Shown in pieces: positions 1 through 8,263 of a stretch of 64,000 nucleotides of DNA (the first letter of the stretch is position 1; the number at the start of each line of letters is the position of its first letter). The notes below the pieces were generated by a model. It was not told the DNA's origin and did no database searches. It saw nothing but the letters and a program-made list of their open reading frames with translations. Location of the stretch: the IMG/VR virus record IMGVR_UViG_3300026116_000002, positions 10,888-74,887 of that record. One strand, written 5' to 3'. This stretch comes from a virus. A program made the translations under genes and the position numbers.

Positions 1-153
1 GCTCAGGTAGGCTCGAATGTGCTCTTTGGGTATGGTGTTCATCTGCCGCTTGATAGTCGGCAATTCGAGATACTGGCGACATGCCGGTTCTGCATCTTGA
101 CCGGGTTGTGTGCAGTCGTCAATCAGTCCGCGTGTGAGCTTCAATGTGTACAT
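1..153 (-). CDS. hypothetical protein (partial, runs off window edge)
   Basis: ATG at 153 preceded by AGGAG; open frame MYTLKLTRGLIDD... to position 1. Confidence 0.6.
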   Translation of the reverse strand, partial: MYTLKLTRGLIDDCTQPGQDAEPACRQYLELPTIKRQMNTIPKEHIRAYLS

Positions 154-165
154 GATCGCATGCTC

Positions 166-501
166 CTACTTGATTAGTCCGGCCAGTTTGTAAATGCGTG
201 CTAGCCGTCGACCGGATATTTCACGGCCCATCATGGTAATGTGTACCGACTCATTACGTTCGGTGCACGTGCTGTAATCGTCGATAGAAAAGCCGGTTGA
301 CGCCCATGTGTGGGGTGAGCAGTTCTGCATGGTGCAAGGTGAGCAGGATAGTTCGGAACAGTCCTCAAGCTCACGGAGAACGTCGTACAGGTCCATAGCG
401 CTATCCTCGAATACAAACCCGTTGTCCGAAAAATCGCCATTCTCTGCACTCTCGGGTGTCACCTCGTCATATGTCCGACTAACCTTGTAATGTGCCTTCA
501 T
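166..501 (-). CDS. hypothetical phage protein
   Basis: 111 aa ORF with AAGGAG RBS. Confidence 0.75.
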   Translation of the reverse strand: MKAHYKVSRTYDEVTPESAENGDFSDNGFVFEDSAMDLYDVLRELEDCSELSCSPCTMQNCSPHTWASTGFSIDDYSTCTERNESVHITMMGREISGRRLARIYKLAGLIK

Positions 502-578
502 GGTCGTATGCTCCTTTTTGATTGCTAATTCGTTCCGTCAATCCCTACTCATGAGCGAATAGAGATTGCCGCAAGGGA

Positions 579-1016
579 CTATTCAGTATCGTCGTCAAGC
601 TCTTCGTCTTCGTCGTCTTCAATGTCGATATCATCACCCGGCCAATACCAGGTTTCGCCGTGTGAGCCGTCCTCATCAAACTCCATCCCGACAGGGACTA
701 ACCAGCAATCGCCATCCTGCCATACGAAGTATTCGACGGCTTTACCGTGCCGCATGATCGTGCTATCGTAATTGTCGACGAGTCGGGCATTGCCTACAAC
801 ATCGTTCCAAACATCCCAATATGCCTCTCCAGTTTCGGCATGGTCGGGACCGTTCTCTAAGCACGTCCATTCATCCTCACTGACACCGGTAACGTCCCTG
901 TTACGGTCGGCAAAGCTAGTAGCGAAGTCACGCGGGATATAAATGCCTCGCGAGTCCGATAGCCAGAGTATCGGTTGCGGGTTGATTTTGTATGTGGTTG
1001 TTTCGGTAGTTAGCAT
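579..1016 (-). CDS. hypothetical phage protein with acidic C-terminus
   Basis: 145 aa ORF with AAGGAG RBS. Confidence 0.8.
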   Translation of the reverse strand: MLTTETTTYKINPQPILWLSDSRGIYIPRDFATSFADRNRDVTGVSEDEWTCLENGPDHAETGEAYWDVWNDVVGNARLVDNYDSTIMRHGKAVEYFVWQDGDCWLVPVGMEFDEDGSHGETWYWPGDDIDIEDDEDEELDDDTE

Positions 1017-1032
1017 GTGTTTGTCTCCTTAT

Positions 1033-1099
1033 AGCCATCATCAGCGTACGCATTACGTACGGACCCACCCGAATGTTGGAGTTCAGGGAGGTTTCGGCT
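1033..1099 (-). ncRNA. type II hammerhead ribozyme
   Basis: Minus strand reads AGCC-GAAA-C CUCCC...GGGUGG-GUC-CGUACG-UAAUG-CGUACG-CUGAUGA-U-GGCU: complete core (CUGAUGA, GAAA, GUC) with stems I, II and III; predicted cleavage between 1062 and 1061. Confidence 0.85.
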
Positions 1100-1272
1100 T
1101 AGTGTGCGGGAATGATGATAAAGTACTTTACGGTCTTATAGATGTAAAAGCACTTGCGAACCGGACTGTCGTGACCGCAAGGTTTGGTTTCGCGGTAGCA
1201 CTTGCCGTGATTCATTACCTCGCGCAATTTATCGTTAGTATCCTTCGATAGATCGTAGATCGGCTGCTTCAT
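1099..1272 (-). CDS. small hypothetical protein
   Basis: MKQPIYDL... start chosen from AAGGAG RBS. Confidence 0.6.
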   Translation of the reverse strand: MKQPIYDLSKDTNDKLREVMNHGKCYRETKPCGHDSPVRKCFYIYKTVKYFIIIPAH

Positions 1273-1322
1273 GGTCGGTGTCTCCTTGCGGTTGGTATTT
1301 AAGTTGCTTACGAAAGTATGAT

Positions 1323-1445
1323 CTAGCGAATAACCCATGCTCCCTGACCGTCGTAATACTTGATTCCGCACGGTAGGATGCAGATTGAATGCTTGAATGA
1401 TATGGATTTGCCGATTGATCGACGCGTCTTGATTACCTTTTTCAT
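1323..1445 (-). CDS. small hypothetical protein (40 aa)
   Basis: MKKVIKTRRS... with GGAG RBS; below the ORF-track cutoff. Confidence 0.45.
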   Translation of the reverse strand: MKKVIKTRRSIGKSISFKHSICILPCGIKYYDGQGAWVIR

Positions 1446-1684
1446 GCTTAGTTGCTCCAGTGATTGATTTTTAAGTGTAAGCGGTTCACAATCCCGTTTC
1501 AGAGTTGAATAGCACGAGTACTAACTATCCATATCACCCTGTTAGACAATGTGCGCGTTCGGTATAGAGATAGTGGACTACGATTACCGTTTCCGGCGGT
1601 CTCGTTAACCTGTCAAACACTGCGCGCCCTTAATGCGGGTCATTGCTTCATCTCGCCGCGCTTCCCTGAACCGCTTACGAAAGT

Positions 1685-1713
1685 ATGATACCATGATATC
1701 TATTGACTGTCAA
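1685..1713 (-). promoter_or_regulatory. sigma70-like leftward promoter
   Basis: TTGACA-17 nt-TATCAT on minus strand; -35 lies within palindrome TATTGAC-T-GTCAATA (1701-1715). Confidence 0.7.
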
Positions 1714-1858
1714 TACTTTTGTGAAAATAAGTTAGAGGGAATTAGACGGAGTGGGTTGAATGGGGATTGACTATTGATGTAGTCAATAGTTGGGTGTGGT
1801 AAGATGGGATTATCACGAATAGTCTTGATTAAACATATCTATAGGTATTGAACTGTTA

Positions 1859-2869
1859 ATGTCTAGTGCACTGGCAACCATTGGGGAACGTGGGGTAAGT
1901 GAGCGATGGACCGACAAACTAGAACGGTTTGTTGGGTTCTATTGCGGTGATGCTCGGTTCAATGCAACCATAGCTGCGGAGATGGCCGGTTACGCCGTGC
2001 CTACTACCTCCGGCTGGGAGTGCATGCAGCGGAACGACGTCAAGCAAGCCATCAAACAGCGATGTGCTGCATCGGCGATGCACTCCGAGGAACTACTCAT
2101 GCTCTTAGGGCATGAAGCAAGGGGGCCGGGTGATTACATCGACGTGGTCACGGAAGAGGTATGGGAAGGTGAGGGCGATGAGGCAAGGCTAGTCAAGCGA
2201 GACCGTATAGTAGTAGACGTGAAGGCGATGCGCCGGGATGGCAAGCGTTCTCTTATAAAGAAGGTGACACGCGGGCCGCATGGCGATAGCGTTGAGTTTG
2301 TTGACCCGCTAGCGGCGCAGGCAATACTAGTCAAGGTCCATAACCTGGACACGGGTAGTAAGGCCGATGAAGCTGCCGGACTTACAGAGGCACGGAATGC
2401 CGCGTTAGCTGCGATGGCAGGGCTAGCGGGTATGGCGTTTGCGGCAGGGCAGGCATCGGCAGGAGTACCGCCGAATACATCGGGTTATTCGTCGACGAAT
2501 ACGACAGATGTCGTCATAGCTGCGAGCGATGCCCAGGCGACTGCGGAGTATGGGCCGAACGCGACGGCTATGATAGTCGACGTTCAACGCGGACTAAGCG
2601 AGTTAGCGGTTACGCCGGTTGCGCCGAACGAGAACGGCTACTTACCAGGGGATGCGCAGGAACAGACAGGCAGGAGTACCACCGGTCAAGCTCAGACGGT
2701 CGCGGGGGCGCGTTTGGAGAGTGCCGCGACTGATGGCCCACCTGGGGAATTGGGCGCGTCAGCGGACGTTGTAGAGGCAAGCATGGGCATGTGTATGCTG
2801 TGCGGGGAGCAACCGGCGAGCAAGCAGATGAGAGGAGGCGCGAAAGTCTGCGAAAATTGCGTTCCGTAA
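1859..2869 (+). CDS. terS: terminase small subunit with long low-complexity C-terminal extension
   Basis: N-terminal WTDKLERFVGFY...FNATIAAEMAGY...VKQAI matches the Terminase_2-type HTH pattern. Confidence 0.75.
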   Translation: MSSALATIGERGVSERWTDKLERFVGFYCGDARFNATIAAEMAGYAVPTTSGWECMQRNDVKQAIKQRCAASAMHSEELLMLLGHEARGPGDYIDVVTEEVWEGEGDEARLVKRDRIVVDVKAMRRDGKRSLIKKVTRGPHGDSVEFVDPLAAQAILVKVHNLDTGSKADEAAGLTEARNAALAAMAGLAGMAFAAGQASAGVPPNTSGYSSTNTTDVVIAASDAQATAEYGPNATAMIVDVQRGLSELAVTPVAPNENGYLPGDAQEQTGRSTTGQAQTVAGARLESAATDGPPGELGASADVVEASMGMCMLCGEQPASKQMRGGAKVCENCVP

Positions 2870-2872
2870 GGC

Positions 2873-2901
2873 TTGACATAGCGTTGAGACTGTGATATAC
2901 T
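2873..2901 (+). promoter_or_regulatory. sigma70-like promoter
   Basis: TTGACA-17 nt-TATACT with TG extension. Confidence 0.8.
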
Positions 2902-2933
2902 TAATGTATCAAACGAACATATGGAGTAGCGCA

Positions 2934-3140
2934 ATGGACCTATTTAAGCACAGGGATATACTAGCGGCGGCGGTAGTGTTAGGGATATCGGTAGGCTATA
3001 TGATCGTGCAAGGTGGCGTTCCTGCGGAACCTGAACCGACAGTACGCGAGATTTGGCTGTTACCGTCGATGCTCGCGACGTTTGTATGTGCGCCGTACAT
3101 ACTAGGCCGCATGGGCACGAAGGATATGCCGATGCCGTAA
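2934..3140 (+). CDS. small two-TM membrane protein
   Basis: GGAG RBS; two hydrophobic stretches. Confidence 0.6.
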   Translation: MDLFKHRDILAAAVVLGISVGYMIVQGGVPAEPEPTVREIWLLPSMLATFVCAPYILGRMGTKDMPMP

Positions 3141-3335
3141 GGCGCGTTTGTGCGTAGGCTGAAATAGGGGTCCCAATTCTCGGATGGGGCGGGTAGATTG
3201 CACGGTGGAGTAAGTACCTGCCCCCGAGAGAAGGGGGTGGGGTGTTGTGGGTGTGCGTCTCCCACCATCCCCGACTACCCACTCAAACCCAACTCTAAAA
3301 CTTAACCCAACCCCAACCAAAACCCACCTACCCAA

Positions 3336-3378
3336 AACCCCAAAAATTTTTTAAAAAAATTTTGCCCCGAAAATAAAT
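3336..3378. repeat. A/T-tract motif copy 1 (copy 2 at 5015-5058)
   Basis: CAAAAATTTTTTAAAAAAATTTTGCCCCGAAAATAAA vs CAAAAATTTTTCAAAAAATTTTCCGCCCGAAACTAAA. Confidence 0.75.
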
Positions 3379-3423
3379 TACTATACATTTCAACTTGACA
3401 CAACCTGCCCACAGCGATATACT
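3379..3423 (+). promoter_or_regulatory. sigma70-like promoter with upstream TACTATACATTT element
   Basis: TTGACA (3395)-17 nt-TATACT (3418). Confidence 0.85.
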
Positions 3424-3458
3424 AATCCCAAGACGAAAACACTACGGAGGATTAGACA

Positions 3459-3926
3459 ATGGGCAATTTCAAGATCGAGATCGAGGCAGTCGGCGGGCAC
3501 GGCGTGGCCCGAGATATCAAGCAGGGAGAGGCGATCCCTTACGAGGACGAGACGATCGTCCAGCAGGACTCGCCTGACGTGATGGTCTACGACTTCTTGG
3601 CCGAGCTTCACAAGGCTGGTAACAGCGTGGTCAGTGCCCGCCTCATCCACTGGCCGGATACCACCCCTATCATCGACAACCTGCTTACCTCGACGCGTGA
3701 GCACGGCGACTTCCAGGAGAAGTGGGAAGGCGACAAGTTGCTGGCGTATTTCCAGTTCAGCCACCTGCCGGAAGGCCCGCTGCGCGAGACGAGCCGCCTC
3801 TTTTGCCATATGGCCTATCGCATAGCACGGACGATCCCGAGCAGCGCCGAGCGCACCGTAGCCCTGCGCAAGTTGCTCGAAGGCAAGGACGCGGCGGTAC
3901 GAGCGATGCTCCCTGTCAACCGATAG
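3459..3926 (+). CDS. two-domain phage protein; C-terminal helical hairpin possibly of Acb2/Tad1-like type
   Basis: GGAGG RBS; C-terminal FQFSHLP...ERTVALRKLLEGKDAAVRA recurrent phage motif; functional call tentative. Confidence 0.5.
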   Translation: MGNFKIEIEAVGGHGVARDIKQGEAIPYEDETIVQQDSPDVMVYDFLAELHKAGNSVVSARLIHWPDTTPIIDNLLTSTREHGDFQEKWEGDKLLAYFQFSHLPEGPLRETSRLFCHMAYRIARTIPSSAERTVALRKLLEGKDAAVRAMLPVNR

Positions 3927-3935
3927 GAGGACATC

Positions 3936-4466
3936 ATGACATCTCAATTCAAAAAAGGCGACAAGGTTCGAATTAAGGATAACCTACCCGAAGTCCTTAC
4001 TGAACTTGGATTTGACTGTCCGCATGCTACAGACCCGCTTATCGGGACGATGCAAACGGTTTACGACGTATGGTTCGACGGTGAACAGCCGTATTTGACA
4101 GTTGACCTGTGCGTGGAAATCCCTGAGCAATGCTGCGAGTTGCATGATTCATTAAGACTAAGCAGCGGCATAGCTCTTCATCTTCTTGAAGAGCCGAAAG
4201 TTACCACCCACATCGTAGGCGTTGAGATCGTCGTTCAAGGGCGCTGGCTGCGCCAAGTATGCTCGTGGTGCGGCAAAGTTCTGACTGACTACGACCTCGC
4301 TAATATGGCGAGTTCAGATGGCAAGTCTATCAATGGCTGGCAGGTTGGAGTGCTCGTAGATGTGTCCGGGATTAACCCGGTTTGCATGTCGGTCAACGAT
4401 CACGAGGACGGCAAATTGCCGGATACATTCTGCGGAGCGATGGAGACATTTGGGAAGCGCTTATGA
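3936..4466 (+). CDS. hypothetical protein (SH3-like N-terminus, Cys-rich C-terminus)
   Basis: AGGAGG RBS; FKKGDKVRIK start and CSWC motif. Confidence 0.7.
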   Translation: MTSQFKKGDKVRIKDNLPEVLTELGFDCPHATDPLIGTMQTVYDVWFDGEQPYLTVDLCVEIPEQCCELHDSLRLSSGIALHLLEEPKVTTHIVGVEIVVQGRWLRQVCSWCGKVLTDYDLANMASSDGKSINGWQVGVLVDVSGINPVCMSVNDHEDGKLPDTFCGAMETFGKRL

Positions 4467-4801
4467 TAAACGCGCAGTTTGATCCTGACAGTATACACGG
4501 TCGCCTTACGGCTTTCCTTGACGAGTGGAGCATCAGGCACTTCGAATGGCGCGAGCGCATTGGGTTCAAGCGGCCGATCACTTCACACCTCGGCATTCTT
4601 CACTCGAAAGTCTACACGCGGATCGTTGATGTGGAAGACGGAGATTATAAGAGCGTAAATGCGTTTGTAGACATGTCCACTGGTGATATCTACTATCCTG
4701 CAGGATGGTGCAAGCCCGCGAAGCACGTCAGGGGCAACCTGTTCTCGGAATGCGGCGGGCTAGAGGCGCTTGATGGGCATCATATACGCACTCTGAGCTA
4801 A
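4463..4801 (+). CDS. conserved phage hypothetical protein
   Basis: ATGA overlap with upstream gene; SVNAFVD..TGDIYYPAGW.KPAKHVRGNL motif. Confidence 0.75.
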   Translation: MINAQFDPDSIHGRLTAFLDEWSIRHFEWRERIGFKRPITSHLGILHSKVYTRIVDVEDGDYKSVNAFVDMSTGDIYYPAGWCKPAKHVRGNLFSECGGLEALDGHHIRTLS

Positions 4802-5014
4802 GGAGGTGATGTCACATATACCCGTACCATGGACAATTCATTCCGGGCAACGTATAGATCAGCGGTCGGCCTCTACAGTGGGCCGCTGCTCTCAAGCCTG
4901 ACCCGTGGCCCCTAACGCCTAACACCAAACACCAAAACTCTTACCAGCCCAAACTCTTAGTAAGGCTTCAGCCCCGAACTCTAACTACACCGCCAACTTT
5001 TCATAATTTGCAGT

Positions 5015-5058
5015 AACCCGCAAAAATTTTTCAAAAAATTTTCCGCCCGAAACTAAAA
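5015..5058. repeat. A/T-tract motif copy 2
   Basis: Near-identical to 3336-3378; also preceded by a C/A-rich tract. Confidence 0.75.
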
Positions 5059-5063
5059 TGTGA

Positions 5064-5092
5064 TTACCAGTAGTGTCTACCTGTGGTATACT
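5064..5092 (+). promoter_or_regulatory. extended -10 promoter
   Basis: TTACCA-17 nt-TATACT with TGn. Confidence 0.7.
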
Positions 5093-5111
5093 TACTACTG
5101 GAGGATCACGC

Positions 5112-5438
5112 ATGACAATCATCGAACTCGCCGCGGACATACGCGCATCAGGCATAAGCAAGATTGAACTGTCGAAGCTCTCGGGGTGTATCAGTAAGGG
5201 CATCCTTACTCAGCGCCCCGATGCGACGTTTCTAGCCAGCCCGCAGACGCACCACGCGCTAAAGCATGCCACCAAACTCGACCTGGATGGGTTCTGGCGG
5301 GCATCCGGGTTTCACGCGTTCATACCGAGGCTCATTGCTAATGACCACGTGCCGGACAACGAGATACGTGTGATGGACAACGGCGAGCACGTCGCATCGA
5401 CCCGTACCACCGGCTACGAGGGGCCGCAGGATGCCTGA
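5112..5438 (+). CDS. hypothetical protein
   Basis: GGAGG RBS before ATG 5112. Confidence 0.7.
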   Translation: MTIIELAADIRASGISKIELSKLSGCISKGILTQRPDATFLASPQTHHALKHATKLDLDGFWRASGFHAFIPRLIANDHVPDNEIRVMDNGEHVASTRTTGYEGPQDA

Positions 5439-5667
5439 CAAGTACCAGAAGCAGAAGAACTACCGCGCCCGTACCATCGCGGTCGTCAAGGCCGTCCACG
5501 CGGCCCTGCCCCGCATGATCGCGGCCTACAACGCCCTCCCTGACGACCTGAAGCGCCCCGAGGACACGCAGTTAACGACTGACAAAGCCGTGCTCGTCAG
5601 CGTCACGCTCGATGCGGTGTGTCAGGTGCTGGAGCGGATGGCAAATAACACAGGAGATCACGTATGA
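5431..5667 (+). CDS. hypothetical protein
   Basis: Overlapping start and stop with neighbours. Confidence 0.65.
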   Translation: MPDKYQKQKNYRARTIAVVKAVHAALPRMIAAYNALPDDLKRPEDTQLTTDKAVLVSVTLDAVCQVLERMANNTGDHV

Positions 5668-6113
5668 AAGCCTTAACATTAACTCAGCCGTGGGCGACAC
5701 TCGTCGCGATCGGTGCCAAGCAGGTAGAAACGCGCAGTTGGAACACTAACCATCGTGGAATCATTGCGATCCACGCGGCTAAGGGTTTTCCGAACAAGGC
5801 GAAGCGTCTCGTTGAGACCAAGCCGGTTACCGAGGCGCTAAGTCACAGCCCGGAATACCTACGGCCAGGAGTATGCCTCGGTCGGATCATCGCCATCGCG
5901 GAAATAGACGGCGTTTTTTCGACCAACTACGCTAGCGAGGTCTATAAACTCAGCGAGCAAGAGAGGGCGTTCGGGGATTATTCTCCGGGGCGGTTCGGCT
6001 GGAAACTAAAGAATGTGCGTAGGCTGAAGGTTCCGATTGAGGTGAAGGGGGCGCTCCAACTTTGGAATTGGCAGCCTCCGCTTGATCTCGATGAGTTGCT
6101 GGAGGGTGCTTAA
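5664..6113 (+). CDS. ASCH domain protein
   Basis: MKALTLTQPWATLVAIGAKQVETRSW...IAIHA and KGALQLW signatures. Confidence 0.9.
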   Translation: MKALTLTQPWATLVAIGAKQVETRSWNTNHRGIIAIHAAKGFPNKAKRLVETKPVTEALSHSPEYLRPGVCLGRIIAIAEIDGVFSTNYASEVYKLSEQERAFGDYSPGRFGWKLKNVRRLKVPIEVKGALQLWNWQPPLDLDELLEGA

Positions 6114-6512
6114 ATGTCCAGCAGCAACATGGCCGGGACAATTATCAAGGAAATCCGCACCAGCCGTAGCGAGTCTCAAGCCGATCTCGCCAAGGTGGTC
6201 GGCACGACACCGAACACGGTATCGCGGTGGGAAACCGGGCAGTACAAGCCATCTGTAGAAGACCTTTGGAAGATATCCGAGCACTACAAGGTCTCGGTAG
6301 CGAGGTTCTTCCCGAGGAACACGGCCCCACGCGGCCTGAACCTCGTCAGCAATGTGCACATCTGCGATCAGTGCCTTGACGGCGCGGGTGGCGAGTGCCA
6401 TACCCCCGGATGCATCCTGTTCCTCAATCGCGGGCCTGACATTCCGATCAGGGACTCAGTGCTCTTAACGAGCGGGACGATCGAGCCGTTAGGCAGCATG
6501 AGTGAGGAGTGA
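6114..6512 (+). CDS. XRE-family HTH regulator with Cys-rich C-terminus
   Basis: SQADLAKVVGTTPNTVSRWETGQYKPS. Confidence 0.88.
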   Translation: MSSSNMAGTIIKEIRTSRSESQADLAKVVGTTPNTVSRWETGQYKPSVEDLWKISEHYKVSVARFFPRNTAPRGLNLVSNVHICDQCLDGAGGECHTPGCILFLNRGPDIPIRDSVLLTSGTIEPLGSMSEE

Positions 6513-6515
6513 ACA

Positions 6516-6710
6516 ATGGCAAGGCGAAAGTCACTGAGCACACTACTGACTGAGAAGTGTGCCGAGCCGGTTGATGGCACTGTCTTAGTCGAGGAGTGGC
6601 CATTCACGGTGTCAAATCACTTCCATGACATTAGCCAGTGCTACATGGTGGAGTTGTCATGGGCGCTTAAAGTCATGAGGCTTGTCGAGGCACAACCTAA
6701 AACTCAGTAA
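6516..6710 (+). CDS. hypothetical protein
   Basis: GAGGAG RBS. Confidence 0.6.
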   Translation: MARRKSLSTLLTEKCAEPVDGTVLVEEWPFTVSNHFHDISQCYMVELSWALKVMRLVEAQPKTQ

Positions 6711-6716
6711 CAGCTA

Positions 6717-6990
6717 GCGCACCCCCAAGGCCGCACACCCGGAGAGGGGTGCAGCGATCCCGAGCAGCAGTACCTATTGGGGAATTCTGATCGGATAGTG
6801 AGCAGGCCGAGGAGCTATCCTTGGGGTTGCGCGAAAGGCTGTCCGAGGACGCCGTAGCGGACAGGTAACCGGGCATTTAGTATCAGGCATTCAAAGTCCT
6901 GCACCCGAGACAAAAGACCAAACAGGCGTGATATCGTAGAGACGGAAATCTAGGTCTAGTTCATGGAACTTCATCCGGTGGACGCCGGTA
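6717..6990 (+). ncRNA. putative structured non-coding RNA of unknown family
   Basis: 300-nt gap with no ORF in the track and many helices: GCGCACCCCCAAGG/CCTTGGGGTTGCGC, CTGTCCG/CGGACAG, AGACC/GGTCT, AGTTC/GAACT; strand assumed from operon direction. Confidence 0.5.
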
Positions 6991-7015
6991 CGGTCTAGTA
7001 CACTAAGGAGGCACT

Positions 7016-7237
7016 ATGAGCACTGAGCTAAAACAAGAAGTTCAGCCGATAAACTGGTACTTATACTCAGGGTATCGAGCTTCACTCATTGAAACAAGGC
7101 GAGACGCAGAGTTAACAAAGCTTGACAAGTACCTAAGCGCCCGAGTCTCTTGGGCCGATGATCCAGAGGTAGAACGCGCCGAACTTGAGCGCGTAATGAA
7201 CAACCCGGACCTTCTCCGTAGGATATACGGGGATTAG
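7016..7237 (+). CDS. hypothetical protein
   Basis: AAGGAGG RBS. Confidence 0.7.
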   Translation: MSTELKQEVQPINWYLYSGYRASLIETRRDAELTKLDKYLSARVSWADDPEVERAELERVMNNPDLLRRIYGD

Positions 7238-7250
7238 TACCACCGGCATC

Positions 7251-7282
7251 AAGCCGCCCGCACCACAGGGCGGCTTTTGTTT
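7251..7282 (+). terminator. intrinsic terminator
   Basis: AAGCCGCCC/GGGCGGCTT stem followed by TTGTTT. Confidence 0.8.
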
Positions 7283-7290
7283 ACACGAAA

Positions 7291-7335
7291 TACTATACAT
7301 TTTAGCTTGACATGATCACTCGGCAGTGCTATAAT
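7291..7335 (+). promoter_or_regulatory. consensus sigma70 promoter with upstream TACTATACATTT element
   Basis: TTGACA (7307)-17 nt-TATAAT (7330). Confidence 0.9.
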
Positions 7336-7365
7336 ATAGTAAGTAAACGAGCAAGGAGATCGCAC

Positions 7366-7842
7366 ATGAGCAGATCAGGCTTAAACGAAGCCGATTTTGA
7401 CAGTACCGAAGATGTTTTGCAGTACGGCAGATTTCGCGGGCAGGTGAGCAGCGCTATCAAAGGTAAGCGTGGTCAGCAGTTCTTCAGGGCCGTCATCGAG
7501 GCGCTGGATGCCATGCCGGAAAAGCGGTTGATCAGAAATCCGATGAATACGGCTGACGCAGGACCAGACGGTGATGTCGAGTACGACAGTCTAGGAGACG
7601 CTGACGGCAACGTTTGCGTGCTCGGTGCGCTGGCGAAGCATCGCGGGTTACCAGTGCTTGAGTTTGACGCCGAAGACCATGACAAGCTTGCTGAAACGTT
7701 CAACGTCGCGCCACAACTTGCTCAGGAGGTCATGTGGATGAATGACGAATATTTCGACCGAGGCTTTACCCCTGAAGCTCGCTGGAAGAATATGAGGGAG
7801 TGGGCCGAGAAGCAGTTAAAAAAGGAGGCGGTATCAATATGA
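7366..7842 (+). CDS. conserved phage hypothetical protein
   Basis: AAGGAGATC RBS; MSRSG...RGQVSSAIKGKRGQ..F..ALDAMPEKRLI motif. Confidence 0.8.
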   Translation: MSRSGLNEADFDSTEDVLQYGRFRGQVSSAIKGKRGQQFFRAVIEALDAMPEKRLIRNPMNTADAGPDGDVEYDSLGDADGNVCVLGALAKHRGLPVLEFDAEDHDKLAETFNVAPQLAQEVMWMNDEYFDRGFTPEARWKNMREWAEKQLKKEAVSI

Positions 7843-8054
7843 GCGCATTGACTAACATCATCGAAGCCGACATCCGCGCAGTATTCGAGCCTGTACCCGA
7901 CAGGCTAACCAGACTGAAACCCGGCACGCGGTATGTCTGGATCAACGCATTGCCGGTCCCTGTCGACGTGTTCGACGTGTGCACGATCAAGAGGACTGAC
8001 GGCCTTGAGACGATCAGGCTCAGTGGTAGGGTTCTGCCGGTGCAAGTGAGGTAA
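7839..8054 (+). CDS. hypothetical protein
   Basis: AAGGAGG RBS, ATGA overlap. Confidence 0.65.
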   Translation: MSALTNIIEADIRAVFEPVPDRLTRLKPGTRYVWINALPVPVDVFDVCTIKRTDGLETIRLSGRVLPVQVR

Positions 8055-8056
8055 AC

Positions 8057-8263
8057 ATGGAATTAGTGGTAAGCAGACAGCTTAGTGATAAGATTAAGGC
8101 CGGTTTGCCGATCAGTGGCCTAGCTTTTCCTGATAGCCTGATTGGCATACCAGTAAAAGTTTATGCTTTTCTTGCGGAAGATCAATGGATAGCGCTTGAG
8201 GACGGCCAGGTGGTTGGACTTGGGGGTTTTGGCGATCATGAAGGAGTAAAAGATGCCGAATAA
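8057..8263 (+). CDS. hypothetical protein
   Basis: GAGG RBS, tight packing. Confidence 0.65.
   Translation: MELVVSRQLSDKIKAGLPISGLAFPDSLIGIPVKVYAFLAEDQWIALEDGQVVGLGGFGDHEGVKDAE

Noticed and set aside
4801-4900. Type I toxin-like small ORF after AGGAGGTG
   Set aside because: SD-start spacing is too short and the peptide is not hydrophobic
6884-6910. RNase P RNA (AAAGTCC resemblance)
   Set aside because: Lacks the preceding GAGG and the 3' conserved region
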